DNA of 62,014 nucleotides from Octopus bimaculoides. Lineage: Eukaryota. The position numbers were made by a program, and so were the translations under genes. Below are positions 24,818 to 37,626 of the stretch, piece by piece; position 1 is the stretch's first letter, and each line of letters starts with the position of its first letter. Under the pieces are notes generated by a model that ran no database searches, was not told where the DNA came from, and saw nothing but the letters and a program-made list of their open reading frames with translations. The stretch spans positions 98,669,776 to 98,731,789 of the forward strand of contig NC_068981.1 of the NCBI RefSeq assembly GCF_001194135.2, written 5' to 3'.

Positions 24818-24986
24818 AAACATGACATTCCTGTAAGTGCAATTCCTTGTCTTCATTATTCCCGTGAATTGGAGAAAGAATGTCAGCGTGGTACTCTTAA
24901 AGATCTTGAACCCTTAACTATCACTGAAGAACTTGAATGTACAGATAACCAAAATTCTGAACAAGCTGAAAATAATGATGAATCAG
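24818..24986 (+). CDS. DGCR8: DGCR8/Pasha coding exon 3, heme-binding region (KHDIPVSAIPCLHYSRELEKE...NDES)
   Basis: Acceptor ttttgctAG, donor GTGAGC, 169 nt, phase 0 to 1. Contains the KHD...IPCLHY motif of DGCR8. Confidence 0.96.
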
Positions 24987-25479
24987 GTGAGCTTTTCTCT
25001 TCAATTCAGAACACTGGTTCAGTTGCGTATCCTACAAATATGACTTTTTTAAAAATCTTTTAGCTCCTACCACATTTTCTTTTCCAATTCCACAAACCCA
25101 GATAACAGAACAAGCAATCTTCAACTTCTCTGTCCACAGCAAATTAGGGCGTTCACATATAACACCTTCGTACACCTAATGAAAACTAAAATAGTGTGAA
25201 ATTTTTTCTTGAATATATTAATTTTTAAATGACTTTTTAGTAAAATGTTATGCAAACAAATAAAAAAGAAAATAAGTGCATTTGTCAAAAAGAAAAAATG
25301 CCTCAATGATAGAGGGGTATAGCATTTGTTGTTATCATCAGTGTTCTAGTTTCATACCACGTATATGAAGGGTAGGGTGGGTGAAGTATTGGGTCATACC
25401 ATAAATAATGCAGTTTTTTCTTACTTCTTTTATTATTTAAAATTAAGATAAGCAAAGTAGATCTCCCTTATTTGGTTTG

Positions 25480-26228
25480 AGTTTAAAAGTTCAAAGTGGA
25501 CTAAACCTTTCATATCCTACCAAACGGATAACAATACTTTGCATAGGTGAAGACCTTCTTTAGCATGGGGTGTCAGTGTTTCTTTCCCTACCCACTGTCT
25601 TTTGCGCTTGACATTTTTATAGAGAACCTATTTCTCATCACCAGTCATTATTTAGTCCAAAAAAAGGTTCATTTGTGAGATGTGACAGCAAAGAAGAGCA
25701 CACATTCACTCTCTGCATGCAATTAGACTTGGAAAGTTTGTGAGGAACCCATTGACCCAATTTGCTGACTTTTCCAATGGCACACAGGTGTCAATGAATG
25801 GTTGAATGACCAAATCCAAGCTTCTCTGCTTGTTCCTCAACAGTTACGATGGAATTTTGTGCCACCAGTGTTTGCAGGATGTCCTTTCTGAGTTCTACAG
25901 ATCTTCCAGGATGAGGTTCATCTTCTAGGCTGTAGTTTCTGGCTCGGAATTTCTGGAACCACCATTGACACTGGCTTATGCTTATTGTCCAATCTCCATA
26001 TATTACATTAATATTCCTTGCACATTCCGTTGCATTTTTACCTTTATTGAACTCTTATGAGTAAAATATGCTGAATATGCTCCTTTGTCACTTCCATTTT
26101 AGCTTTGAAAAAATAACTGTTAAAATCGAACTGCACTCTTCAAAATCTGCACAAAGAATAAGTACAAGGTAAAATGACTACCTGCTTTTATAGCAAGTTG
26201 ATGCAGGTAGTTTATCCCATCTCCTGAC
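25480..26228 (-). mobile_element. Mariner transposase fossil (5' half)
   Basis: Minus-strand frames give MEVTKEHIQHIL..EFNKGKNATECARNI...WFQKFR, a frameshifted WVPHxL region and VLLSVWxDMKGLVHFELL, with many stops. Confidence 0.75.
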
Positions 26229-26480
26229 TGAGGCCCAATGCCCAAAAGGTGCTTTTTACATGCCACTGGCATGGGTGCCAGTTACATGATGCCAACAACG
26301 GCCACGACCATGATTTCTCAAGCATGGCATATTGCACAGCATATATTTATCGTTTTCGAAATTTGAATAAATTTTGTCACTTTTCTGACACACAATGGAA
26401 AGAGCCAAGCAGAAAAAAAAATGAGCAAATTTATTTGAAAACCCAAAATCTAAACTAACAACACACAGATAGGTGATATA

Positions 26481-26887
26481 CTCTTTACTCTTTTACTCTT
26501 TTAGTTGTTTCAGTCATTTGACTGTGGCCATGCTGGAGCACCACCTTTAGTCGAGCAAATCGAACCCAAGACTTATTCTTTAGAAGCCTAGTACTTATTC
26601 TATCGGTCTCTTTTGCCGAGCCGCTAAGTTACGGGGACGTAAACACACCAGCATCGGTTGTCAAGCGATGTTGGGGGGACACGCAAACATATACACACAC
26701 ATACATACATATATATACATATATACGACAGGCTTCTTTCAATTTCCGTCTACCAAATCCACTCACAAGGCTTTGGTCGGCCCGAGGCTATAGTAGAAGA
26801 CACTTGCCCAAGGTGCCACGCAGTGGGACTGAACCCAAACCATGTGGTTGGTAAGCAAGCTACTTACGACACAGCCACTCCTACGCC
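26481..26887 (-). mobile_element. Full-length tRNA-derived SINE (head, core, (TA/CA)n, tail, (AAGAGTA)n-like end)
   Basis: Head ggcgtaggagtggctgtgtcgtaagtagc...gggttcagtcccactgcg with A/B-box-like motifs; same family as 35701-36069 and 58453-58843. Confidence 0.85.
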
Positions 26888-27315
26888 TATATGTATAACA
26901 AATCAACATTTTTTGATATGATGTTGGTAGAAAAATAGGATTCACATATTAAAGGTTAGTCATGGCTATATAGTTAAGGAATTCAATTCACAATCTGTGG
27001 TTCTGGATTTTATCCCACTCCAGGTAGCTTTAGGCAAGCATCCTCTACACAACCTTGGGCTGATCAATGCTTTGTGAATGCAGTTTGGTAGATGGGAACT
27101 GTGCAGAAGCTTATCATATATCATCAGAATCATTTAACATCTGTCTTCCATGCTGGTATGGGTTGGACAGTTTCACAGGAGCTGACAAACCTGAGGAGTT
27201 CGCCAAGCTTTACTGTCTGATTTGGTATGGTTTCTACAGCTGAATGCCCTTCCTAGTGCCAGCTACTTCACAGAATGTATTGGGTGCTTTTTACGTGGCA
27301 CCAGCACTATATGTA

Positions 27316-29838
27316 CACTGAACTGCAAAAGAAATGCGAGACGTGTGTGACTGCGAAATATGTTTTAATTTCATTATGTCAGAGATAAATTTTGATAAAT
27401 CTGATAAAGTCAATTTCTTGGATGCACTTGACCACAGTCTATGGGTTGTTGTCATGTGTTCCGGTAGTGGGCGGATCCAGCACATCAAGATTGTAGGGCG
27501 TGACATGTTCAGTACTGTGTATGCCCTCCCTGAGTGTTCAAAACGGCCATACACTGTTGGTACATGGAGTGCATGAGTTGGTTCACAAAAGCCTTTGGTA
27601 CCTATGCCCACACCCTGAGGAAAGCTGCCTCCAGTTCCACACGAGTTGTTGGCCTTGAGACCACCTGGTTCAGCTGTCTCTGAATTTCATCCCACAGGTG
27701 TTGAATTGGCAGGCTGAGAGCCGGCCACAGCATGGTTCTGATGTGCTGATGTAGGAAGTCCATGGCGACCCTGGCCATGTGGGAAGGAGTATTGTCCTGC
27801 TGGAACACATGGCTTTGGTGATGTGTGAAGAAGGGCATGATGTGAGGTCTTAGGATCTGGTCAATGTAGCGCTGTGCTGTGATGCCACTCCCTCTGCCTG
27901 CACCAATATTTCGGAAAATATAGGATCCAGTTCTCTGATTCAGGCCTATAGCACCCAAAACCATGATGCTTTGGCCACCCCACCTGTCTCTCTCCATGAC
28001 AAATGCATCTGTAACGACCGTGCGACCAGGAGATGGTGACGAGGAATGGCTCCTTTAGCGCATCGCATGGTCGATACAAATAAAAAACGCGAAAAGAGGT
28101 TAAATGAGTATAAGTGCCAAAAAGGAAAAAAGAGAGATACAACCGGTAGAAGGTTTAAGAGAAGGTTTTATTGATATGTCAACTTGTGTGTGTGTGAGTG
28201 TGACATATAAACATAATAATAGACAGGCCATCATGCAAACAAAGTGTATGTGTATACAAACTTGGATGTATGTGTGTGAGAGAAATACAGAGCATAGAAA
28301 AGGACGTTAGAAGAAACTCCAGGCACAAGGATGGTAAATACCAGTTCGTATTGAAGGTACACAGTAGTTGAGGTGCTGTAAGAAGTTGTGGCTGCAAGGC
28401 AGAGCCGGGGAGACACATGTCGTGTAAGAAGTTGAGGCCTCAATGCTGCGGACGGTTACTTGGTACAGGAGTTCTTGCTCGTTGTACTCGCTGTTAACCA
28501 TGGTGAAGCATTTCACAAACAGCGTGGGGAAAAGCTATGCAAGTGCTGCTGGTGGTGTGTATGTAGAGAAGTTGATGTAGACGCTAAGAAGCTGGCGGTG
28601 GCGACAAAGGAGTTTGCAGTAAGCTGTTGAACGAAGTGATGGATCTCCATGAAGCTGTGTCGTGTTGTCGCTGGAACTGGCTGTGTGCTCTGTGGCCAGC
28701 GGCTAGACCTCAGAAGGTCTAAAGCCGACTTACAATCATATGCAGAAAAGCTAGCTATTTATAAGGTACTATCGGCTCAAACAGGGGTTCAGAAAAACTG
28801 TCCCACACGACCTTATTTGAAGGCTGCAATTGGTAGGGTTGCACCCTGGTGTGAAATAGAACAAGAGACAAAAATGCACCAATACCAACCAATCAGAGTG
28901 GTGGACACAACAGGGTCCAAAAGTGCGGCCGAAGGCTAGCTGTTAACCACTACGTCCGCACTCATGTATATATAACAGAGAGAGAGAGAAGTACACTACA
29001 CATCTCTGTATCGTTCACCCCTCTTACGCCACACCCGCACTCTGCCATTCGAGGTGGAAACGCAGTACCAGCTCTCGTCAGAGAAGACTATCAACCTCCA
29101 TTGCTGGTGCTGCCAATGTCAGTGCTGTGTAACCCACTGTAGTCGTGCCTGATGGTGGCAGGCAGTGAGGACAGGCCTTCAAACAGGATAATGGCAACAC
29201 AGGTTGTTGGCAGCCAGTCAACATCTTTCTGTGCTGTCGCTGATGTGTCGCTATCCAGTGGTAATGGTCTCACGAGCTGTCATGCTGATCAGTCTGAAGT
29301 GATCACAGAGGTGTTGCAGGTGGATGAAACAGTCCTGCCTGGGCGTGGTCACCCAGGGGCGCCCTCTGCGGGCAAAGTCTGCAGTGCTGTTGGTGTTGTT
29401 GTATCGCTGTTGCAGGCGATAGATGGTGCTAACATGGACATTGTAAGCTTTCACAACAACCAGGGCATGTTGTCTTGCTTGTAATTGGCCAATAGCTTGT
29501 TCTCTCTGCACTGCTGACAATCTGGTCATACCTGATGCATCCAAATTACGAATGCCAGGAACGTGGTTCAAGTTGATTTTTATACTCATAACCTCCATGA
29601 GATGCACATGCATTTTGGTTTTCATGACAATTGTTTGCAACTGCCACCCATGGCATTCAGTGCAGCTGCGTTTTGGTGTGTCATTTCAGGGAAAGTTGAA
29701 AGGTTACCTGCGATTTGGGTTTCAGTCATAAACCAGCATGTCTTGGAATATTTACGCTTAGATCCCCGAAATAAATTTTCAGAATTTACCATATAAAAAT
29801 GACATTTGAAAAAATCGCATTTCCTTTGCGATTCAGTG
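27316..29838 (-). mobile_element. Tc1-family DNA transposon, decayed transposase (29529 to 27509), interrupted by a solo LTR
   Basis: 24-bp TIRs match at 21/24 (cactgaactgcaaaagaaatgcga vs cactgaatcgcaaaggaaatgcga), left flank TA. Motifs GRPxVTTPRQD, VFSDES, FQQDN, IQHLWD, GGHTQY*. Confidence 0.92.
28010..29000. mobile_element. 991-bp solo LTR (probably Ty3/Gypsy) nested in the Tc1 transposase
   Basis: TGTA...TACA ends and 4-bp TSD CATC (28006-28009 and 29001-29004). Removing it restores the Tc1 frame ...RKRGERYRDAFVMERD. Confidence 0.85.
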
Positions 29839-30094
29839 AATTTCTATATATATGTATGTGTATACCTTTTGCCAATATATAAGACCAAAAGTTGTATATA
29901 TTGGGGAGAAAAGCAATAAAACTGGTGTATGCATACAGTGATACCTTGTGGTATTTCTTCTGCCCAAATTACACAGACAGTCCCTTGTCATTCTCATCAC
30001 TGGAAAAGCAGTAAATCATTGGCTAGTTGGGAATCTATATTATAGCAATGCTTTTCCACAAAGTGCATGACAATGACGATGACTGCAACCACCA

Positions 30095-31480
30095 CCACTA
30101 CTACCATCATCATTTAATGTCTGTTCTTTATTCTGGCAAGGGTTGGATGGTTCGACAATAGAAGGCCAGCTGAAGAGCTGCCCAGGCTCCATTTGTTTGT
30201 TTTTGATTGGTTTCTGTGGCTGGATGCCCTTCCCAGCACTGGCCACTTTACAGAGTGTACTGGGTGCTTTTAACATGGCACCAACCATGGTGCTTTTAAG
30301 TGGAGCTGGCACAGGTACTTTTACATGGCACTGGCACAGGTGCTTTTACATTGCACCAGCACCCATGAGTCTGCAAAACTAGGATCTCACAGCTGAGAGA
30401 GGGACATAGAGAACAAGCCTGTATGCATTGATGGCCACAATTTCACTTAGCTTGATGCGTCTTCTTGTTTATTATTATGTAGCTGATTTCATATTCCGCT
30501 ACTATTTGCATTATAGATGGATGACACACACACACACACACACATAACATAGATGGGCTATATGTGTGTGTAAGTAGATGCATAAGCACATGCCCCCCCC
30601 CCCCNNNNNNNNNNNNNNNNNNNNNNNNNNNNNCCTCACACACACACAAGGTGAAAGTTGATCTCAGGAAAGTGATAGTAACTGCACCGATTGGTAACAT
30701 GCTGTACTGGAGAAAACCAGCTCTTGGACAAATGTGGTGAAGAAAATGCTAACAAGTTGAGTGTTGATTGCGGGGATTCTTTTACTGCCTTCACCTTCTA
30801 GTCTTCCTCCTCCTCTCACTCTCCTCTATCTCCTTGTCTTGGATACTCTCACTGCATTTTTCCTCTGCCTCTGTATTAGCCTCCAACTCTTTTCCTCTCA
30901 CTTCTCTTACTGCATTCACTTACTGCTACACCACCCTCTACTTGTTTCTCTCACTGTCCTCTCTATAACTTCTCTTCCTACCCCAGCACTCTCATCTCTT
31001 TCTTCTCTGGTTCACTCCCATCACCTTCCCTTATATTTCGATTTCTTCCTATAGCCCTCTCTAGATTCTTGCCATCATTTTATTCTACCTTTCACCTTCC
31101 CTATTTCCAACTCATCATTATCATATGTCTTCCTTTCATGCTGGCATGGGTTGGACGGTTTAACAGGAGCTGGCCATGCAGAAGACTGCACCAGACTTCT
31201 GTGTCCCTTTTGGCATGGTTTTAACACCAAACACCCTGCAGAGTGGACTGAGTGCTTTTTATGTGGCACCTGCACAAGCGAGGTCATTTTTGGCATGGAA
31301 ATGGCACCAGCATTGGCCGGGTCACCAAATAATTTTGCAAGACAAGGAATCTTTTAGAGGGGAGGGGGACATTGGAAGAGGTGATTTTGTGTCAGATGAT
31401 GAAAGGTTAGTGTATCAGAGATAGAAATAGATGTCTTGCTGTAGAGGAGGTACATAGTTACCCAGCCAGAGAGAGAGAGA
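30095..31480 (-). mobile_element. Two degenerate RTE-related 3'-end fragments (about 30095-30460 and 31095-31480) around a CT-rich stretch
   Basis: catcatcatttaatgtctg...atgggttggacggtt...ggatgccctt motifs shared with the younger RTE 3' ends. Confidence 0.55.
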
Positions 31481-32074
31481 GAATTCCATTCATATTTGTC
31501 CTTACAATGTGGGTTAGATCATTGCTACAAAGTCCTCCCCATTATTCTTACTGCTCTATCCATCTCTCTCTCATTAACCCTTGATACAAATCCCTTCCAT
31601 ATTCCCTCCCTCAACAGTGCCTACACTTCCTTTATCATTCTCCTACAACAATAAATCTGTTCTTCTCATCATACTCTACCCTCTTTCATTACTGTACCTA
31701 TAATCATTCTTTCTCCTATTCTCCTTATACTTGTAGGGACTCTTTAGGCTTGCTAGTACTGGTGCAATGGCACTCTGTAGGGGTGGTTGGCATTAAGAAG
31801 GGTATCCAGCTATAGAACCCATGCATAAATGGAAACATTGGAACATGAGGTGATCTTCTAACTCACCAGATTCTGTCAAGTTGTCCACACGAATGTGGAA
31901 AGCAGGTGTAAAATAATTATACACGCACACACACACACTCTTTTGTTTCTCACACGACAGAAGCAATTGACATATATTTTTATTTTTCTGGAAGATGATA
32001 TTTCACCACATCTTTGTATAGAATTACTATATGGATAGTTTATTTCTACTGGTTTTTTTATGTTAAAAGTGAAA

Positions 32075-33097
32075 ATGGAGAAAAATCACATACACTTTTT
32101 TCATTTGATGCTCTTTTATTTCTGGAATGGCAAATATGCTGTACCATCAGCAAAAAAGATATGTGCTGTTTATGGAGATGTTGCCATAGCTGTGAGGACT
32201 GTTTGTAAGCAGTACACTAGGTTTTAGGGGTAAAATTTTTTTTATTTTCAAGACCATGAATGTTCTGGCTGGCTTACAGTTCTTGCTGATGACCAAATCA
32301 AAACACTCATCAAAAATAATTTAGGTTACATACTGAGATACTCTACGTATGTCATACGGTTTTTAAAAACATTTGGGTATGTGAATTGCTATGATGTTTG
32401 GGTGCCTAATAATTTAATGGACTGCATTTCCATCTGCAAATCTCTGCTCAAATGCAACGAAAACAATCCATTTTTGAAAAATGCTCATAGCTGATAAAAA
32501 ATAGATTGTACAACAATGTAGAGTGAAAATGATTCTGGGGAAAACAAAATGAAGTGTCTTTAATCTCTTCAGAAGCTGGTCAGTATCTGAAGAAGGTGAT
32601 GCTCTGTATATGGTGGGATTGGAAGGGCATTGTATATTATAAGGTCCTTCCACAAAATCAGATGATGAATTCAAATAATTATTGTTCCCAATTAGATAGA
32701 TTAAAGGAGGCAGTTGATGAAAAACATCCATAATTGACTATTTGAAAGTGTGTTGTCTTCCTTCTGGGTACAGCTTGGCTGGGATGTCCTACTACAACCA
32801 ATGTTACTCACTTGGCTTTGCACCTTCAGATTACCATTTGTTTTGATCCCTACAAAATTCTCTTAATGGAAAGAACTTCAATTCTTTGAAGACTGTAAAA
32901 ACCACTTAGATCAGTCCATGAACCAGAAAGGCACCAAGTTCTGGGAAAATGCAATCATGAAGCTGCCTCAAAGACAGCAAAAGATAGTGAAACAAAATGG
33001 GACATATTTGGTTGAATAAAGGTACATAGAAATATCTAAATACAGTTTTTTAATTTTATTTAAAAAATAGTGTGCACTTTTGTTCAAAAATCCAATA
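32075..33097 (+). mobile_element. Mariner transposase pseudogene (near full length)
   Basis: MEKNHIHFFHLMLFYF...KKICAVYG, WVPNNL (WVPxxL), frameshifted QLGWDVL/APSDYHLF region and ending KIVKQNGTYLVE* at 33019. Only the right TIR-like end is visible. Confidence 0.85.
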
Positions 33098-33757
33098 TAT
33101 GGAAGAATATTTGGTTTCCTCACCTTGTCACTGGATGTAAAATGATGATGATAAATTTGAAAAAAGTTTGCACAGTGTAATTGTATGAACCAAGTAGAAA
33201 TGCAAACCTATCTACACATGTAATTACACCAATTTTTAAAAAAATTACCACTATGATCATTGAAAAACTATTAAGTTATACATAGAATAAGCATGTTTTG
33301 AACAATGTTCTGTTCTGTTATTAAAATTGGTTCTGTGGTACAATCACTATTACTATCAAAATCAACCACAAGGATAATATGTCTTAAGTTTTTCATTTGT
33401 TGCATCAAATTATTCTCTTGAAATTTTTTCAAACTAAGAGTCATAGCTACTAAAATTAAAGCTACTTTCTGTCTTAAGTGAGTGGAATATTGTAAAAATG
33501 CTTTGATTAGCACTGGATCAATTATCGAATATAGAAGCCTATGATCAAAAGCATTCCACTCATGACCATCCTGTCTTGTATATCTAAGAGTACATTATGT
33601 AGTATGTAAAGACAAAGGGTGTAATTAAAGGTAGATTTGGTTGCTATTTCCAGCAGGTTGAGCGACCATGTTGAGGCTTTTTGCATTAGCTAATGTAGAA
33701 ATAAGTGGAATATAGATGTGGAGAAATAGTGAACAAAGCATGTTAAAGAACACAAAG

Positions 33758-34307
33758 CATCATCATCATCATCATCATCGTTGTTTAACGTCCGCTTTCC
33801 ATGCTAGCATGGGTTGGACGATTTGACTGAGGACTGGTGAAACCAGATGGCTACACCAGTCTCCAATCCGATTTGGCAGAGTTTCTACAGCTGGATGCCC
33901 TTCCTAACGCCAACCACTCAGAGAGTGTAGTGGGTGCTTTTACGTGTCACCCACACGAAGGCCAGTCAGGCGGTACTGGCAACGGCCACGCTCAAAATGG
34001 TGTATTTTGTGTGCCACCCGCACAAGAGCCAGTCCAGGGGCACTGGCAATGATCTCGCTTGAAAGTCCTTAGACATGCCGTGGGCACAAGTGCCAGAAAG
34101 GCGATGCTGGGCACAGGTGCCATCACAATTTCGCTTTCGCTTGCCCCAATAAGTCTTCGCAAGCTGAGTTTCATGTCCAATGAAGGAGACGACGTTGCCA
34201 TGGGTGCCACTCGTCGAATTTAATTTGATTTCGATTTCACTTGTCTCAACAGGTCTTCGCAAGTGGAGTTTAGTGTCCAATTTAACTCGATTTCGATTTC
34301 ACTTGCC
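33758..34307 (-). mobile_element. RTE LINE 3'UTR fragment with (GAT)n tail
   Basis: High identity to 36354-37270, 42328-42642 and 45191-45485; internal tandem subrepeats (gatttcgatttcacttg). Confidence 0.85.
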
Positions 34308-34593
34308 TAATATTGGTAAATTGTATACAATAAATGTTTATCTATTAAAATCTCATGTTAACAGTAATGTTATAGCATAACTTTTGATGTTTAAACAAGA
34401 CGACATTAAACAGTCAGTTTTGGGAAATTTGATAACATGTGACAAAGGTGAGTCTGTGGCAGATTGATTATAAAAAGGTTGCATTCTTCTTTCATTCTGT
34501 ATAATACTTATATTGAGTCTTTTTTTAAAAAAATTTATGTAAAAATGTGGAGTAATAAGTGTGTTCCACAGGATTGGTTAACCACTTGAGTAA

Positions 34594-34803
34594 CCCTTTA
34601 GCACTTAATCCAGCCCAAATATTCTACCCATTTTATGTTCAAACTGGCCGGATCTGTTCCCTCTCACCTACCCTACAATGTCATTCAAAAAATAAACAAT
34701 CACATCATTTAAATCTCAAAGCTACAAGATAATGCATGATTAATTCAAAACAATGTGAATAAATAAGCATAACATTTGACAGAATAATCTGAAGGCTAAA
34801 GAG
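34594..34803. mobile_element. piggyBac-type MITE copy 2
   Basis: gTAA|CCCTTTAGCA ... GGCTAAAGAG|TTAA; body matches copy 1 (tctaaaaataaacaatcacatcat...aaatctcaaagcta). Confidence 0.78.
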
Positions 34804-35043
34804 TTAATAATGACCCACAAATTAGACATGTTTAATATATTGTGCCTAATATTTAGTTAAACCTCTAGTAGGATCAGCTGTTTTTTAACACTGTTGGTTT
34901 TAAACACTAACATGAGTTAAGAAATAGTTTGAATGATTTTGTTTAGCTCTTTTAATGTAGGTTTTCTTATTATTGCTATTGTTACTGTTTCTGATACTCA
35001 AGCAATATTTATCGTTGAATTATTATTATTTTTTTTTTTTCAG

Positions 35044-35193
35044 AATTCCCAGCCATTAGTGAGAATGACACTGATCAATTGAACAGCAACCTGGAATGTA
35101 ATACTTGCCCTATGGTAGATGTTGATGGCAGTTCAAAAACTCCAGCAGTTAAGATTGAGTGTGCTGAAGAAAGAAAAAAGGAAAATTCACTTG
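35044..35193 (+). CDS. DGCR8: DGCR8/Pasha coding exon 4 (EFPAISENDTDQLNSNLECNTCPMVDVDGSSKTPAVKIECAEERKKENSL)
   Basis: Long poly-T tract + cAG acceptor, donor GTAATT, 150 nt, phase 1 to 1. Open frame; AVKIE...ERKKENSL resembles the invertebrate Pasha linker. Confidence 0.88.
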
Positions 35194-35384
35194 GTAATTA
35201 TTATTAGTAATGTGTATAAACAAATTTGAATCGACAAATTAGATTTCATTTCAGTGGGTGTCACAAATATAACACTTTCATAGTTGCTGTTAACAAAATC
35301 TGAGTTTATAGGTGCTCTTCAAAACCTTCATAAAGTTCACTTATTTTTATCTTGTTATACTTCTGTTCTGATCTACATAAAAAG

Positions 35385-35548
35385 CACCCAGCACACTTTG
35401 TAAAGTGGTTGGCATTAGGAAGGGCATCCAGCCATAGAAATCAAGGTCAAATTGGGCTAGAACCTGATACAGTTCTCCAGCTTGCTAGCTGTGGTCAAGC
35501 CATCCAACTCATGCCAGCATTGAAAACCGATGATGATGATGATGATGT
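35385..35548 (+). mobile_element. RTE-related 3'-end fragment, sense orientation
   Basis: gtggttggcattaggaagggcatccagc...gatgatgatgatg. Confidence 0.6.
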
Positions 35549-35700
35549 GTACATAAATAATGCAATATGGTTTGAAGATGGGAAACCACTCACAGAAATA
35601 TGCAAATTTAGATAAATATATGTATTCACATAAATGCATAGTGAACTGACATATAACTATTCATACACATACAAAATACATACAAATTTATGTTAAACAT

Positions 35701-36069
35701 ATGACTGCAGCCATGTTAGGGCATCACCTTGAATGGTTTTAGTAGAACCAATCAACCTCAAGACTTTTTGTTATTAAGCTTAGTACTTATTCTATCAGTC
35801 ACTTTTGCTGAACTGCTAGATTATGGGGATGTAAATGCACCAACACCAGTTGTCAAGCAGTGATGGGAGACAAACATAGACACAAAGACACACACACACA
35901 CACACACAACAGGCTTCTTTCAGTTTCCGTCTATCAAATCCACTCACAATGCTTTGGTCGGCCTGTGGCTATAGTAGAAGACACTTGCCCAGTGTGCCAT
36001 GCAGTGAGACTGAACCCAGAACCATGTGGTTGGAAAGCAAACTTCTTACCACACAGCCACACCTGCACC
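35701..36069 (-). mobile_element. tRNA-derived SINE, near full length
   Basis: Same head, core and tail as 26481-26887. Confidence 0.8.
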
Positions 36070-36353
36070 TGGACATTTGTGCAATGATAAAAATCCAAAC
36101 AAAATATAAGCCTATAGAGGCAGATGAACTAACAGACACATATAGAATACAGAGAAAGTATCTAATTCTCGTGAAAATGTTATTTTCTACTTTTGATGTG
36201 ATGGCTTTATATGCAGGTAAGGATAAAACTTTGATGGAAATTAGGGAAAAACAAAACAGCCTATGCCATGAGATATGTTCAGATGTGATGGAGGTCATAA
36301 AATTGTTGACAGCTCCCTCCTTGTTGATTCACACACACATTCACATGCATAGA

Positions 36354-37270
36354 TCATCATCATCATCATCATCATCATCGTTTAACGTCCGCTTTCCATG
36401 CTAGCATGGGTTGGACAATTTGACTGAGGACTGGCGAACCGGATGGCTGTACTAGGCTCCAATCTGATCTGGCAGAGTTTCTACAGCTGGATGCCCTTCC
36501 TAACGCCAACCACTCCGAGAGTGTAGTGGGTGCTTTTACGTGCCACCGGCACAAGGGCCAATCTGGCGGTACTGGCAACAGCCACACTCAGATGGTGTTT
36601 TTTACGTGCCACCTGCACAGGAGTCAGTTCAGCAGCACTGGCAACGACCTCGCTCAAATGCTTTTTTAAGTGCCAGTAAGGCGATGCTGGTAATGATCAC
36701 GCTCAAATGGTGCTTTTTATGTGCCACCAGCACGGAAGCCAGACAGCTGCTCTGGCAGTGATCCCGCTTGGATGGTGCTGTTAGCGCTCCACTGGCACAG
36801 GTGCCAGTCATTGAATTTGGTTCAGTTTCGATTTTGATTTCACTTGCTCCAACAGGTCTTCGCAAGCAGAGTTTAGTGACCAATGAAGGAAGGTTGGCAT
36901 GGGTGCCAGTCATTGAATTTGGTTCAGTTTTAATTTCGATTTCACTTGCTTCAACAGGTCTTCACAAGCAGGGTTTTGTGTCCAAAGAAGGAAACATACG
37001 CATAAGTCGGCTGGCTACACCCCTGGTAAAGGCCACGGGTTATGGTCTCACTTGTCTTGCTGGGTCTTCTTACGCGCAGCATATTTCCAAAGGTCTCAGT
37101 CACTAGTCATTGCCTCTGTGAGGCCTAATGTTCGAAGGTCGTGCCTCACCACCTCATCCCAGGTCTTCCTGGGTCTACCTCTTCCACAGGTACCCTCAAC
37201 CGCTAGGCTGTGGCACTTTTCCACACAGCTATCCTCATCCAGTTTTGCCAAATGACCATACCAGCGCAAT
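36354..37270 (-). mobile_element. 5'-truncated RTE LINE: ORF2 C-terminus, 3'UTR and (GAT)n tail
   Basis: Minus strand gives LRWYGHLAK.DEDSCV...GTCGRGRPRKTWDEVVRHDLRTLGLTEAMTS, the RTE ORF2 C-terminal signature (RWxGH...RGRP...TW). Confidence 0.88.
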
Positions 37271-37547
37271 TGTATCTAATATATCATTTCACATTAACTT
37301 TTTCATGCTTGCATGGGTCAGATGGTAAGGTAATAATTTCTCCATGAACATATTTGCATGGTAGATTGGAAACAAAGGTCAACCACTAGTATGATGGTTT
37401 ACAAGTCATATGAAGTCAAAGCAAGAAGACATAGCACATACATATATACTCAAGTTGTTACAGAGTGGGACTAAACTAGAGACCATGTGTTGGGAAGCAA
37501 ACTTCTTACAACACAGCAACACCTGCACCTACTACATATACACACAC

Positions 37548-37589
37548 CATCATCATCATCATCATCACCATCATCATCACCATCATCAC

Positions 37590-37623
<34 letters not shown>
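37548..37623. repeat. (CAT/CAC)n trinucleotide repeat, tail of a degenerate RTE 3' end
   Basis: Seen directly; it explains the poly-His, poly-Ser and poly-Asp ORFs in the track. Confidence 0.9.

Positions 37624-37626
<3 letters not shown>

Noticed and set aside
28179-28939. Several 69-96 aa ORFs inside the solo LTR
   Set aside because: No gag/pol/env motifs; expected by chance in GC-richer LTR sequence.
36600-36990. Tandem 60-80-nt subrepeats that superficially resemble a CRISPR array
   Set aside because: Eukaryotic LINE 3'UTR minisatellite: units are degenerate, there are no unique spacers and no cas genes.
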